Shown here one piece after another: positions 27,455-36,245 of a stretch of DNA of 64,000 bases (its first letter is position 1; every line of letters begins with the position of its first letter). The DNA lies in IMG/VR virus record IMGVR_UViG_3300030107_007542, positions 129,779 to 193,778 of that record; one strand, 5' to 3'. The translations under genes and the position numbers were made by a program. The stretch is from a virus. A model generated the notes under the pieces. It ran no database searches. It was not told the origin of the DNA and saw nothing but the letters and a program-made list of their open reading frames with translations.

Positions 27455-27511
27455 TTGCATGGCGCAAGCAACTCACAAACAGTTGATTGCATGCCGCATA
27501 TAACTCACAAA
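27455..27511. repeat. Two 25-bp direct repeats with a 32-bp period
   Basis: TTGCATG(G/C)CGCA-N3-AACTCACAAA at 27455 and 27487. Confidence 0.7.
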
Positions 27512-27520
27512 ACTCACGGG

Positions 27521-27549
27521 TTGACATCCGAGGATTGCGCCTGTACTAT
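27521..27549 (+). promoter_or_regulatory. Plus-strand sigma70-type promoter with no long ORF downstream
   Basis: TTGACA-17-TACTAT. Confidence 0.5.
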
Positions 27550-27637
27550 ATCATGACATTCGCATACCCACCATTTCCCACATTGATAGCACCACGATAG
27601 CAGCGTAAGGTACTAAATACAATTCCATCATATCCCC

Positions 27638-28441
27638 CTAAGCCGCTTCTGCCCATTCAACACTACGGGACAATACCTTGATTCGCAGTACATGCCGACT
27701 CACTGTACTATAGTGATTGGTAAAGGGCAAGTCGTAGGATTCCAGGTTGCTTGTGTTAGCAGTCCAGTTTACATTTACTCTACCGTCTCCCGTTACACTC
27801 ATCACAATACCCAGGACCTTTCCTGTGTAATCTTCCTTAAACTGATCCAGCTCAATCCTCTCTATTGACACGAGATCTCCTGGCAAGATTTCTGCAACGA
27901 TTTTCTGTGCCTTTTTCTGTGACTTTTTTCCTACCCTTTTATTGAGCGGATAAGTTCTATGGTTTTTTGGTGTAACCTTCTGAGGATTTTTCTGTTGTGC
28001 TGTCGGAGACTTTTTCTGAGTGGTTTTCTTTGTTGTGTTCTGCGACTTTTTCTTGCCGCCCCATGTTGTCCAACACGCATTGGCGCAAACGACGTTGCCG
28101 CTCTTTGCTGTAAACTTCTTCGCCTTGCAATGCTTGCATGTCTTTACAAACTTTTCGGCGGCTTCCTGTGCTTTGATTGTCTTGACAAGGCCGGTGTTGG
28201 TTGTGAAGATTTGTGTTGTTATCTCGCGCCATGACTTCTGACGATTTACGAAGCAGAGCTTTATCCCAACCTTTCCGACAACTTTTCCTGTCTTGCTGTC
28301 AATGCCGGAATCCACAACCACGCGCACAAACTTTGCTGTTGGGTGCTTGCGGCTATAAATGATGGTTGTGCCTTTGGCGTTCTTCTTGTGTGGAAAGAAG
28401 CCTTCGGCCTTCAACATTGCTTTTCTTTGTACAACTGACAT
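27638..28441 (-). CDS. Basic hypothetical protein with a Cys motif and a C-terminal SH3-like domain
   Basis: CKHC...CANAC; ILPGDLV...VLGIVM...VNW. Confidence 0.6.
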   Translation of the reverse strand: MSVVQRKAMLKAEGFFPHKKNAKGTTIIYSRKHPTAKFVRVVVDSGIDSKTGKVVGKVGIKLCFVNRQKSWREITTQIFTTNTGLVKTIKAQEAAEKFVKTCKHCKAKKFTAKSGNVVCANACWTTWGGKKKSQNTTKKTTQKKSPTAQQKNPQKVTPKNHRTYPLNKRVGKKSQKKAQKIVAEILPGDLVSIERIELDQFKEDYTGKVLGIVMSVTGDGRVNVNWTANTSNLESYDLPFTNHYSTVSRHVLRIKVLSRSVEWAEAA

Positions 28442-28442
28442 T

Positions 28443-28694
28443 TTATACCTCGCTCATAAGTTCAAGTTCGCTGACGTATTCTTCTGTTGTTCGCTGGCCG
28501 TCTCTTGTTTGCCATGTGAACCATTGGACTGCAACTACATGCGCGCCATTTGCGTTTACCTGAAGAATCTTTACTACTGTTCCGGGATCATTGTCTTGAT
28601 GGATAACGTGGGTTCTGACCACATCGCCAACCTTCAAAATGGGCTGTCCCCATGCGTCTTTTTTTCTCATCCTATGCTTCCCTTGTCTTTCCAA
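28443..28694 (-). CDS. SH3/KOW-like microprotein
   Basis: LKVGDVVRT...GTVVK...VQW. Confidence 0.6.
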   Translation of the reverse strand: MERQGKHRMRKKDAWGQPILKVGDVVRTHVIHQDNDPGTVVKILQVNANGAHVVAVQWFTWQTRDGQRTTEEYVSELELMSEV

Positions 28695-28936
28695 ATCTCT
28701 TCCGCGAATCGCTTGGCGAAACGGAGACTGAAGCCGGTTCCGTCAACTTCCTCTTCCTTTCGGGCGGCATGCGCGAAGTTGCGGAGGTGCTTGATGAACT
28801 CAATTTTGCCAAAAGCTCGCTTGTTGGCTCGATGGAGGTTTTGACCCATGTATTGGGCGGAAAGGTGTTCTACTATTTTGATGGTGTTTTCCATTCCCTC
28901 CCGGTCTTCGGTATCAAAGACGATAACCATCTTCAC
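28667..28936 (-). CDS. Hypothetical protein
   Basis: ORF track. Confidence 0.55.
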   Translation of the reverse strand: MKMVIVFDTEDREGMENTIKIVEHLSAQYMGQNLHRANKRAFGKIEFIKHLRNFAHAARKEEEVDGTGFSLRFAKRFAEEIWKDKGSIG

Positions 28937-28937
28937 T

Positions 28938-29402
28938 TTAGTTGTCTCCGAAAGCGGTGATGAGGTCTGCCTCGGTCATCCCGAGTTCGGCTAAGGCGGC
29001 TTCCCGTCGAAGCTGCTTCTGAGACTTCGCCTGGACCTTCGGGGTCGGCTTTGCCTTCTTTGGCTTCGGCTTCGGAGCGGGCTTGTCGAGGAAAGAGGGA
29101 ATGTGGCCGGTGAACGTGCTGGCTTTTCTCTGCTTTGCACGAACACGAGCAAAGCGCATGCGGCGCTCTGCGCCTGGAATGCCATTCGCGAACTCCTGGT
29201 CGCGAGCGTTTGCGCGGGAGTGGTTATTTGCTCCCCCGTGATGCTCGCACAACCAGTAGTTTTCGTGCTTCTTGCTAATGTTCGCATCGAACACACGGCA
29301 GCCACCTGCATGAGTGCAAGTGACCCCGTGTGTCGAATCGGCGGCTAGTCGATTTCCGTGTGCGAGGGCGAAAGCATTGTTACCTTTGGGAGTTCGTGCC
29401 AT
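28938..29402 (-). CDS. Basic hypothetical protein with a Cys/His motif
   Basis: CTHAGGC...LCEHH; K/P-rich tail; downstream of a promoter. Confidence 0.55.
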   Translation of the reverse strand: MARTPKGNNAFALAHGNRLAADSTHGVTCTHAGGCRVFDANISKKHENYWLCEHHGGANNHSRANARDQEFANGIPGAERRMRFARVRAKQRKASTFTGHIPSFLDKPAPKPKPKKAKPTPKVQAKSQKQLRREAALAELGMTEADLITAFGDN

Positions 29403-29452
29403 TCTGTGGCTCCTGGCTTTGTGTGGGCTTCATCGCCCCCCACTGTCTTTAT

Positions 29453-29481
29453 ATAATAGCACGCCCTGATGCGCCTGTCAA
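29453..29481 (-). promoter_or_regulatory. sigma70-type promoter
   Basis: TTGACA-17-TATTAT. Confidence 0.7.
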
Positions 29482-29489
29482 GCAAAAAA

Positions 29490-30110
29490 TTACCGCGAAT
29501 CGGCGCTTTCGCGCTTTGTGATCTCCGCGACCTTCAACATTGCCTGCTGGCGGAGGGTCTCAAAATCATCCGTATAGTATCGGCGTGAACTTTCCGGCGT
29601 CTTGATGGTGCCAAGTCTGAGAGCAAGGTCAAGCGTGCAATTCGGATGATCCACGAATCGGCGCAAAGTATAAGTCCGCGTTGCTTCCTCTTCGGGCAAA
29701 TCGGCGTAGATTTCCTCAAGCAGTGCGCCTGGGGTCTTGCTGGGTCCATTGTTCGACGCCCAATAAGGTCGAGCGAGGAATGCTTGCTGCATTCGCCAGA
29801 TGGAACGATGATTGTTCTTGAAATACTTTCGATAAGTATCAAAGTATTCCTGTTCGGTCAACTCGATGTTTCCACTCGCCAGCATCGTTGCCTTCAAGAC
29901 GTAACCTCGATGAGCCCACAATTCGCGGGCTGCCTCCTGGGTTAGATTACTGTTTCCGGCCAAATACTCCTTTCCCAGTCTGTACCAATGCTTTGCAATC
30001 GCCATCTGGGTTTCAGCATCAGTAAATCGGTTCTTTGCGAGTCCGACAACTTCGCTGTTGTGCATCTTGCTAATGTTGTTCGCATAAGGCGAGCCATAAA
30101 CTTGTGTCAT
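29490..30110 (-). CDS. Hypothetical helical-repeat-like protein
   Basis: ORF track; start moved to MTQVYG. Confidence 0.6.
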   Translation of the reverse strand: MTQVYGSPYANNISKMHNSEVVGLAKNRFTDAETQMAIAKHWYRLGKEYLAGNSNLTQEAARELWAHRGYVLKATMLASGNIELTEQEYFDTYRKYFKNNHRSIWRMQQAFLARPYWASNNGPSKTPGALLEEIYADLPEEEATRTYTLRRFVDHPNCTLDLALRLGTIKTPESSRRYYTDDFETLRQQAMLKVAEITKRESADSR

Positions 30111-30111
30111 T

Positions 30112-30384
30112 TTAGTATTCCAATCCCTTGAAGTCAAAAGGGTCTACGTCCGTAGAATTACGGGGGTTTTCGGGTTCGCCTTCGCCCACTGCGTCGGCAA
30201 CTGAGTTTCGGAACTGTTCCTGTGCGTAAAACAACTTCTGCCAGCACCATTCTGCTGAACCTGCTTCCTGCTGGGATTCCACGTTTGTTGGGTGCTCCAT
30301 AAAATCCCTTTCCTGTTGCTCTCGATAGTTGTCTAGAGCAATCAGGATGGTGGTCGCTTCGTCGTCTGTTAGTTCAATCTTCAT
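30112..30384 (-). CDS. Hypothetical protein
   Basis: ORF track. Confidence 0.55.
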   Translation of the reverse strand: MKIELTDDEATTILIALDNYREQQERDFMEHPTNVESQQEAGSAEWCWQKLFYAQEQFRNSVADAVGEGEPENPRNSTDVDPFDFKGLEY

Positions 30385-30662
30385 TCTGGGAACTCCGAAT
30401 TCTCGAAAACTGCCGGGTGCATAACGTGACAGGCAATCCCTCGCGCCTCCCCAACATGGGTGGAAGTCGTCATCGACCGAAAGCCGCCACCGGGTGAAGT
30501 GTAATCTCCCACAATGGTCGCACCTGTCTTAGCACGATAACCAATCCTGAGATTGTACGAATACAGGTTCACTCCGTCTGTGCGAAGTGCTCCGTTGTGG
30601 GAACTGGCGGCAACGCCGCGCGTCCAACTGTTAATAACAAGTTCGTTTTTCATTCTACTCAT
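30381..30662 (-). CDS. Hypothetical phage protein
   Basis: ORF track; LYSYNLRIG motif. Confidence 0.55.
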   Translation of the reverse strand: MSRMKNELVINSWTRGVAASSHNGALRTDGVNLYSYNLRIGYRAKTGATIVGDYTSPGGGFRSMTTSTHVGEARGIACHVMHPAVFENSEFPE

Positions 30663-30832
30663 TGTTTTAGTCTCCTATCGCGGCGACCATCGCCAGGGTG
30701 GCGCACACAAATGCAAAAGCAATCATTGATTCGTTTCCTCTTCTTCTGAAGTGTCTTCGTCATCGAAGACGGGTGAATCGTAGTTCTCATCGAATCCATA
30801 TCGAAGAGAGTGACAAATGTTCCATGGATCCA

Positions 30833-30976
30833 TTACCAGTTCTTTCTATTCTTGTGTTTTGGCTTGCGGGAGCGTCCCTTTGAAACGTCCCGATTGCGAT
30901 TGTGATGCTTGCCTGCACCGCCTCTTTGAAAGGCGGCGACTGCAATCCAGTTTCGAGTTTTGTTCTTGTTTGACAC
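30833..30976 (-). CDS. Small highly basic peptide (47 aa)
   Basis: GTG start after promoter and GAAGGGG RBS: MSNKNKTRNWIAVAAFQRGGAGKH...SRKPKHKNRKNW. Confidence 0.6.
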   Translation of the reverse strand: MSNKNKTRNWIAVAAFQRGGAGKHHNRNRDVSKGRSRKPKHKNRKNW

Positions 30977-31002
30977 TCTGGGCACCCCTTCCAACTGTCT
31001 AT

Positions 31003-31031
31003 ATAATAGCAGAAGGGGCACCCATTGTCAA
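31003..31031 (-). promoter_or_regulatory. sigma70-type promoter
   Basis: TTGACA-17-TATTAT. Confidence 0.7.
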
Positions 31032-31043
31032 GAGAAATAATCC

Positions 31044-32336
31044 TTACTTTTCTTGTGGAACGACAACCATTCGTTCCGGCTTTGGGTTAAAGTAAGGTCG
31101 GTTGCCGTGGTACTCATCAGTGATCCACATCCTCTGGACACTGCATCGAACCGGCTTCGGTGCTTCCATGTCGGTGCAGATGATAAGACCATCGAACCCT
31201 CCGGTTTCATTGACAAACTTCGTCGGAGCGTCGAAGCAAGTTCCACCGTACATGGTCCGCTCTCGCTTGCGCGTCTGCCCCTTCTTCCAAATCCAGTTCT
31301 TCTCGGGGTCCACGCGAGTGTCGAATGGAATCACCGTGAACTCGGCCAGCTTTGCCAGGGAGTTCAACTCCGCGAAGAAGGCAGCAAGCATCTGGTCCGA
31401 AACGGAACCCGACTGGTCGATTGCAATCGCAATCTTTGCTTGTCGAGTTGCCTTCTTGCCAGGGTGCATGTAAGGATAACGCTTATTGATCTTGCGAACG
31501 GTCGAACGCTTGTTAGCCTTCTGACTCTGCTTCACAAAGTAGCGAAGCACCTTGCGCCAATCAACCTTTGTTGAGATAGAGGCAATGATTTCCTTGCGAT
31601 AGTCGGCGGGAACACTTCCCCATCCTCGGCTGGAAGAGTTTGCCTCTTCAACAGCGTCCTTGATGAACTCCTTGACTCGCTCCTCAGCAATCTGCTTTGT
31701 CTGCTCGTCCATTTCGTCCCAGCCGGAGTGGTCATCGAAAGAGTCCATTCCGTCCAGGGGGTTTCCGTTGCCCTGACCTTCGCCGGGAGTTCCACCTTCG
31801 CCGGGACATTGGCCTTGTCCATTGCCTTCCCCCTCGGGCGGGTCCTTCTGCATCTTGCGAAGTTCTCGGAGATAGTGCTCGGCGCTCTTGTGTGGTTCCA
31901 GATGCTCAAATGGTCCCCTTCCAGGCATGCATGCCATTTCGGGAAGGTTCGGCAGGTTGCCGTTGATTGCGAGGTCCATCGCAATGTTGTGAATCTTCCG
32001 TTCATTTGGAGCCATGTCTCGGAAGGACAGAAAGCGCCCGCCAGTAACGTGCTGAAACACGATATGATAGAACTCATGCTTTAGAATGTCCTTGCGCGTC
32101 TCATCACTCATGTTGGCGAAGAACTTTGGATTGTAGAGCATCTGCAACTTGCCCTCTTCGGTCACGGTCACACCGGCAGTCGGAATCGCGTTGCTTGCAC
32201 GCTTATCCATCCGGCGCGAAAGCGCAGCGAAGAAGGGTTCGTCCATGAGCAGACGGTGAACGTGAATGTTCAGGTCGAAAGCGGACACATCCACTTCCTC
32301 GGTTTCAGGTGTCTCGGCTTTGGCTGGCTCAGTCAT
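31044..32336 (-). CDS. Metallopeptidase-like (DUF2201-type) plus VWA domain protein
   Basis: AIPTAGV, LKHEFYH, NIAMDLAIN; IAIDQSGSV, FDT.V, GGTCFD. Confidence 0.88.
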   Translation of the reverse strand: MTEPAKAETPETEEVDVSAFDLNIHVHRLLMDEPFFAALSRRMDKRASNAIPTAGVTVTEEGKLQMLYNPKFFANMSDETRKDILKHEFYHIVFQHVTGGRFLSFRDMAPNERKIHNIAMDLAINGNLPNLPEMACMPGRGPFEHLEPHKSAEHYLRELRKMQKDPPEGEGNGQGQCPGEGGTPGEGQGNGNPLDGMDSFDDHSGWDEMDEQTKQIAEERVKEFIKDAVEEANSSSRGWGSVPADYRKEIIASISTKVDWRKVLRYFVKQSQKANKRSTVRKINKRYPYMHPGKKATRQAKIAIAIDQSGSVSDQMLAAFFAELNSLAKLAEFTVIPFDTRVDPEKNWIWKKGQTRKRERTMYGGTCFDAPTKFVNETGGFDGLIICTDMEAPKPVRCSVQRMWITDEYHGNRPYFNPKPERMVVVPQEK

Positions 32337-32360
32337 TGAGTGTTCCTCCATTGTCTTTAT

Positions 32361-32389
32361 AGTATAGCAGAAAAGTGGTGGCCTGTCAA
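32361..32389 (-). promoter_or_regulatory. sigma70-type promoter inside an 11-bp inverted repeat
   Basis: TTGACA-17-TATACT; GGCCTGTCAAG (32380-32390) / CTTGACAGGCC (32410-32420). Confidence 0.7.
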
Positions 32390-32430
32390 GCTATGAAAGG
32401 ATAAGTTCACTTGACAGGCCCCCCACAATC

Positions 32431-33492
32431 CTACACCTTGTCGCCAGTCAGAATTTCGACAAGGTAGTTGCCGACCTTGCGACCGTCAGCCGCCGAAGTC
32501 GAGTGGAAGGAAATGGCGTTGTCCTGATTCGCCTGACCAATGACAGTCCAGAGCTTCATTGCAGGCTCGGACGGAAGCGACATGAAGTACGCTGCCAGAT
32601 TCGTCAGTTCACCCTCGTTCAGAGGGTTGGCGAATCGGTCACTGGCACCCATCTTGTCAATGAGAGCACAGTGCGCGTTCAGGTCAATGTCTGGGGTCAT
32701 TCCCTTATCGAGAATGTCCGAAATGGTAACAACCTTGCTGTAGTTCGCAACGAAGTCGTTGAAAGCAACCGCAGCCTCAAAACCAAGGTAAGCGGAAGCC
32801 AGAGCAAACACAGCCGGGTTTGACTGTCCAGATTCCAGAATCCCCGCACTGGAAACAGTGTCAGAGAATCGGGACCACGAACGGCGCGAAGGATAAACCT
32901 TGTTCGGCTCGGGGTCGTCGTTGTGCTCAAGATGCTCGGTGTTGTTCCGAATAAAGTCGGTCACGAGAGCATCGCAGTTCGTTGCAGCCCATGCAACCCA
33001 GTCATCAATGGAGGGCTCAACATCGAACACAGTGTAGCGGTCGAGTTCAGCCGGGTCCATTTCACCGACCTGATAGGAAGCCGCTCCCGCATGTGTTCCA
33101 CCATTCACCGCTGCGAAAATGAGAGTGTCAGGGTGAAGTGCATGACCTGCCAGCTTGCGCGAGTCGCACAACTCAAAGATGCCCTGTCGGACTTCCAGGG
33201 TTGCACGGTCAACCTCATCGAGGAAGAGGACCACGCCATTATCGCAGGCAGTCGCAAACCAGTCTGGAGGACAAAAGGCAGTCACGCCTTCGTCTACAGT
33301 CGGCAGACCCAAAAGGTCGCCTTCCGTCATCTGGCTTGCGCGGCGTTCGACCACCGGCATGCCGAGAGTTTCGGCGTACTGGTAAACAACACTGGACTTG
33401 CCAATGCCATGCCGACCGCGCAGCAGGACAGGGTGATTCGCACTTGTAACGTGCGGGAGGACGAGGAGAAGATTCTTGAAGTCAATTGCCAT
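32431..33492 (-). CDS. MoxR-like AAA+ ATPase
   Basis: GRHGIGKS, GDLLGLP, LFLDEVDRA, MDPAELDR, PSRRSW. Confidence 0.9.
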   Translation of the reverse strand: MAIDFKNLLLVLPHVTSANHPVLLRGRHGIGKSSVVYQYAETLGMPVVERRASQMTEGDLLGLPTVDEGVTAFCPPDWFATACDNGVVLFLDEVDRATLEVRQGIFELCDSRKLAGHALHPDTLIFAAVNGGTHAGAASYQVGEMDPAELDRYTVFDVEPSIDDWVAWAATNCDALVTDFIRNNTEHLEHNDDPEPNKVYPSRRSWSRFSDTVSSAGILESGQSNPAVFALASAYLGFEAAVAFNDFVANYSKVVTISDILDKGMTPDIDLNAHCALIDKMGASDRFANPLNEGELTNLAAYFMSLPSEPAMKLWTVIGQANQDNAISFHSTSAADGRKVGNYLVEILTGDKV

Positions 33493-33537
33493 GTTTTTTC
33501 CTAGTTGTGGGGCTTACTCGCCCCGTCCATTATCTAT

Positions 33538-33566
33538 ATAGTACCACAGGGAGACGCTGCTGTCAA
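33538..33566 (-). promoter_or_regulatory. sigma70-type promoter
   Basis: TTGACA-17-TACTAT. Confidence 0.7.
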
Positions 33567-33590
33567 CCCTAAAATTGTTCACTTTCTATA

Positions 33591-34448
33591 CTAACTATCA
33601 TCCTGCGGAACTTCGGGATCTTTCATTTGAGAAAGTTCAATCTCACCATTTACATATTGCTGAAGCTGCCTCCTTTGGAAGTCATCGAACGTCTTGAAAG
33701 CGCGCTCAGTTTGTTCCTGCTGGGCAGCGAAATGTCGCTTCGTGGCCCTCTTCAGGTCCTTGGGGGAAAGGAAACTATCATTAGCAAAGTCAGTCTGTCC
33801 CGCAGAAACCACTTCCCAGTCCATATTCTGGTTTCGGTCATCGCGATCAGTATTCTCGCTCCCATAATATCCTTTTCCGTAGCGCGGCACGATGCCGGGA
33901 ATGCTCGGAAGTGCACAACCAATGGTCCTGCGGTATGCCATTTCGCCGTCCGGTGCCCCAATGTACTCAAAGGAAATGAGAGTCGGAGCAGAGCGCCAAT
34001 CACCACTATTCATAATCCCATTGTAGTGGGTCAAGTCCTGGTTGGGATGACACATTACCATTCCCACGGGAGGAACGTAACCCTCTTCCTGGGGATACAT
34101 GTAATCGCCGCCCCGATAATAGGAGGCGCTATTATTTCGCACCAATGCGCCAATACCGAGTCCAGTGTCATTCGTCCACTTCACCAGCGCCTTGCGCCAG
34201 AGATTCAGGTCCATCTGGAATTGTGCCTTGTGCTTCTTGGCAACATCACAACCAGCGCGGGTGTGTCCCGTTGTGTCGCAATAACTGCAAATCTTTGGCT
34301 TTGCCTTGCGGTCAAGGATTCTCTGCCATTGGCGACCCTGGTAACTTGTGGGGTCTTGCTCCCACGCTTTCCTCAGTGTGGGGCAACTCGTTTTGTTGTG
34401 CCCGCTTTCGTAGCAAATACTACATCGGACTGTTCCGCTCCAACTCAT
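33591..34448 (-). CDS. Protein with two CCHC zinc knuckles
   Basis: CSICYESGHNKTSC and CSYCDTTGHTRAGC. Confidence 0.75.
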   Translation of the reverse strand: MSWSGTVRCSICYESGHNKTSCPTLRKAWEQDPTSYQGRQWQRILDRKAKPKICSYCDTTGHTRAGCDVAKKHKAQFQMDLNLWRKALVKWTNDTGLGIGALVRNNSASYYRGGDYMYPQEEGYVPPVGMVMCHPNQDLTHYNGIMNSGDWRSAPTLISFEYIGAPDGEMAYRRTIGCALPSIPGIVPRYGKGYYGSENTDRDDRNQNMDWEVVSAGQTDFANDSFLSPKDLKRATKRHFAAQQEQTERAFKTFDDFQRRQLQQYVNGEIELSQMKDPEVPQDDS

Positions 34449-34492
34449 TTTTTCTGTCTTTCAGTTGGGGTTATTCTCTAGCTTCTGATTAT

Positions 34493-34521
34493 ATCATAGC
34501 ATCTTTTGGGTCTGCTGTCAA
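34493..34521 (-). promoter_or_regulatory. sigma70-type promoter
   Basis: TTGACA-17-TATGAT. Confidence 0.65.
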
Positions 34522-34711
34522 CCACTATCTATCATTTAATAAAAGGGGGGCAACCGCTTTTCAGGTGTTGCTACCTAGACAACTTTCAACTACTTTACAC
34601 TCTTGCCAAATTAATCGTTGGCCTCGGTGCTGGTATTCACGATTGTCATTGAATACCCACATTTAGTTTATTCACCCCTTATATCGTCTGGCTCTATAAT
34701 AAAGCCAGACT

Positions 34712-35320
34712 TTACTTTCTCTTCTTGGCCTTCTTCAGCCATCGTTCTTCCGTCCAAATCGGAGCGGCTGCCCCAATGGGCAATACCTGAATTGGCTTTG
34801 CCCCTTTCGCATGGGAAGTCACATGCTCGCAGTTGCCGTGCTTTAGAATCACACAGGTTTGCCCGTGATAAGCCCGCGCGGCGCTCCGAAATACAGCAGT
34901 GCCTCCCACCGGAAACTTGCTCTCTGCTTGAACGTTCCGAATCACACCAGCCGCATACTTGTTAAGTACGAGCTTGTTATATTCCTTCTCCGAAGGACTC
35001 CCCGCGCAGCGATCCCCGGCAGTTGTGAGATACTTGTAAACAATGTTACCGTAGTATCCGGTCTTTTGGTAATACCGCAGAGCAATCATAAACGTCGCTT
35101 CTTTGTCTTCGTCCCAATCATCTGCCCAGGTTGCGCGGGACTTCAGAGCCTCATCAGACCAGCGTCCTTCAACCTGTTGCAAGACCTCTTCTTGCCGAGG
35201 CGACAACTTGCCACGCTTCGTCAACTGTTCTTCAAGAGATTCCATGAACCCAAAATCCCAGGAACTTTCGTCCCCAGCAATCAGGATTCGACCCTTAACA
35301 TTATTGATTCGTTCTAGCAT
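34712..35320 (-). CDS. Hypothetical protein with an SH3-like C-terminus
   Basis: GGAGG RBS before MLERINN; WDFGFMESL...LSPRQ. Confidence 0.6.
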   Translation of the reverse strand: MLERINNVKGRILIAGDESSWDFGFMESLEEQLTKRGKLSPRQEEVLQQVEGRWSDEALKSRATWADDWDEDKEATFMIALRYYQKTGYYGNIVYKYLTTAGDRCAGSPSEKEYNKLVLNKYAAGVIRNVQAESKFPVGGTAVFRSAARAYHGQTCVILKHGNCEHVTSHAKGAKPIQVLPIGAAAPIWTEERWLKKAKKRK

Positions 35321-35347
35321 CGTGGTGCCTTCCTCCATCGTCTGTAT

Positions 35348-35376
35348 ATAATAGCAGACCGGAGCGGGTTTGTCAA
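35348..35376 (-). promoter_or_regulatory. sigma70-type promoter
   Basis: TTGACA-17-TATTAT. Confidence 0.7.
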
Positions 35377-35711
35377 CCCTCAAGTAGGATTTTGAGGTTT
35401 TGGATGTGCTTGCAATCCTGTCGAAACTGGAAGCCTCGACATTCACATTTCCAACTGCGGCCAGTCTTGGTTACAGTATACTTCTGTCCCTTTGAACCCT
35501 TGACCTCAATCTTCTTAACATCTTCCGAGACAGCAGGCTTCCCAAAGTTACGAGCCTCTGTCCCCCAACAAAACAAACCCTGAGCATCTGCCAGGGTAGT
35601 GTCATCGGGAACCTCAATCCAAACGCCAGCAGACACAGCATAAAACTTATCTCCCTGTCCCTTGAAAACTGTTGGAGGCCACGGAACGATGTATCGTCCA
35701 TCAGGCGTCAT
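35373..35711 (-). CDS. SWIM zinc-finger protein
   Basis: VKGSKGQKYTV...WKCECRGFQFRQDCKHI. Confidence 0.8.
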   Translation of the reverse strand: MTPDGRYIVPWPPTVFKGQGDKFYAVSAGVWIEVPDDTTLADAQGLFCWGTEARNFGKPAVSEDVKKIEVKGSKGQKYTVTKTGRSWKCECRGFQFRQDCKHIQNLKILLEG

Positions 35712-35949
35712 TTTGTGAGGCATACTCTTCGGCCAATCGCTCAAAGGTTTCACGCTGGAAAGCGTCGATGCTGAAGTACTCCTGATTGAGAGTATCCCAG
35801 TAAACACCGGCTTCAAAAAGCATTTCCTCAACTTCTGGTCCGAGACTGCCCGAGGCTAATCTGTCTTCTGTAAGCCGCTCCAAGGCGGCCTTTTCCAAAC
35901 TTAGGATTTCAGGGATCATTTCGTCTTCCTCCGGGGGTTGCTCATTCAT
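35701..35949 (-). CDS. Acidic hypothetical protein
   Basis: ORF track. Confidence 0.5.
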   Translation of the reverse strand: MNEQPPEEDEMIPEILSLEKAALERLTEDRLASGSLGPEVEEMLFEAGVYWDTLNQEYFSIDAFQRETFERLAEEYASQNDA

Positions 35950-36245
35950 TCTACGTCTACTATAGCACCAATGACCTGAGTTGTCAAGTCTTTTTCCTCA
36001 TTCCAGCCATCGAGTTCCTCAAAGTAATCGTCAATGGCATCATGGACATAAACGCGGTTTTTCGGTCCCCTAATGGTGATAGGGATTACCTGGCGAGTCA
36101 TGGTGGAGTCTCGTAAATCATACACTTCGATGGCCCAGCCTCCATCCCAAACACAGAGATAACGATCCCTTTCAATACTAACTAGCTCTGCACCCTCAAC
36201 AACGTTCAAAACATCGAGCGCATTCCATGTAACATGTTCAAGCAT
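35946..36245 (-). CDS. Hypothetical protein
   Basis: Start moved to MLEHVT. Confidence 0.5.
   Translation of the reverse strand: MLEHVTWNALDVLNVVEGAELVSIERDRYLCVWDGGWAIEVYDLRDSTMTRQVIPITIRGPKNRVYVHDAIDDYFEELDGWNEEKDLTTQVIGAIVDVE
35959..35987 (-). promoter_or_regulatory. sigma70-type promoter inside a CDS 3' end
   Basis: TTGACA-17-TATAGT. Confidence 0.55.

Noticed and set aside
26663-27460. 239-aa plus-strand ORF and the long 5' extension of the 26750 minus-strand ORF
   Set aside because: The plus ORF is a shadow; the extension runs through the gene's own promoter and RBS, so the real start is 27163.
33627-34481. 284-aa plus-strand ORF
   Set aside because: Antisense to the zinc-knuckle gene, which has a promoter and clear motifs.
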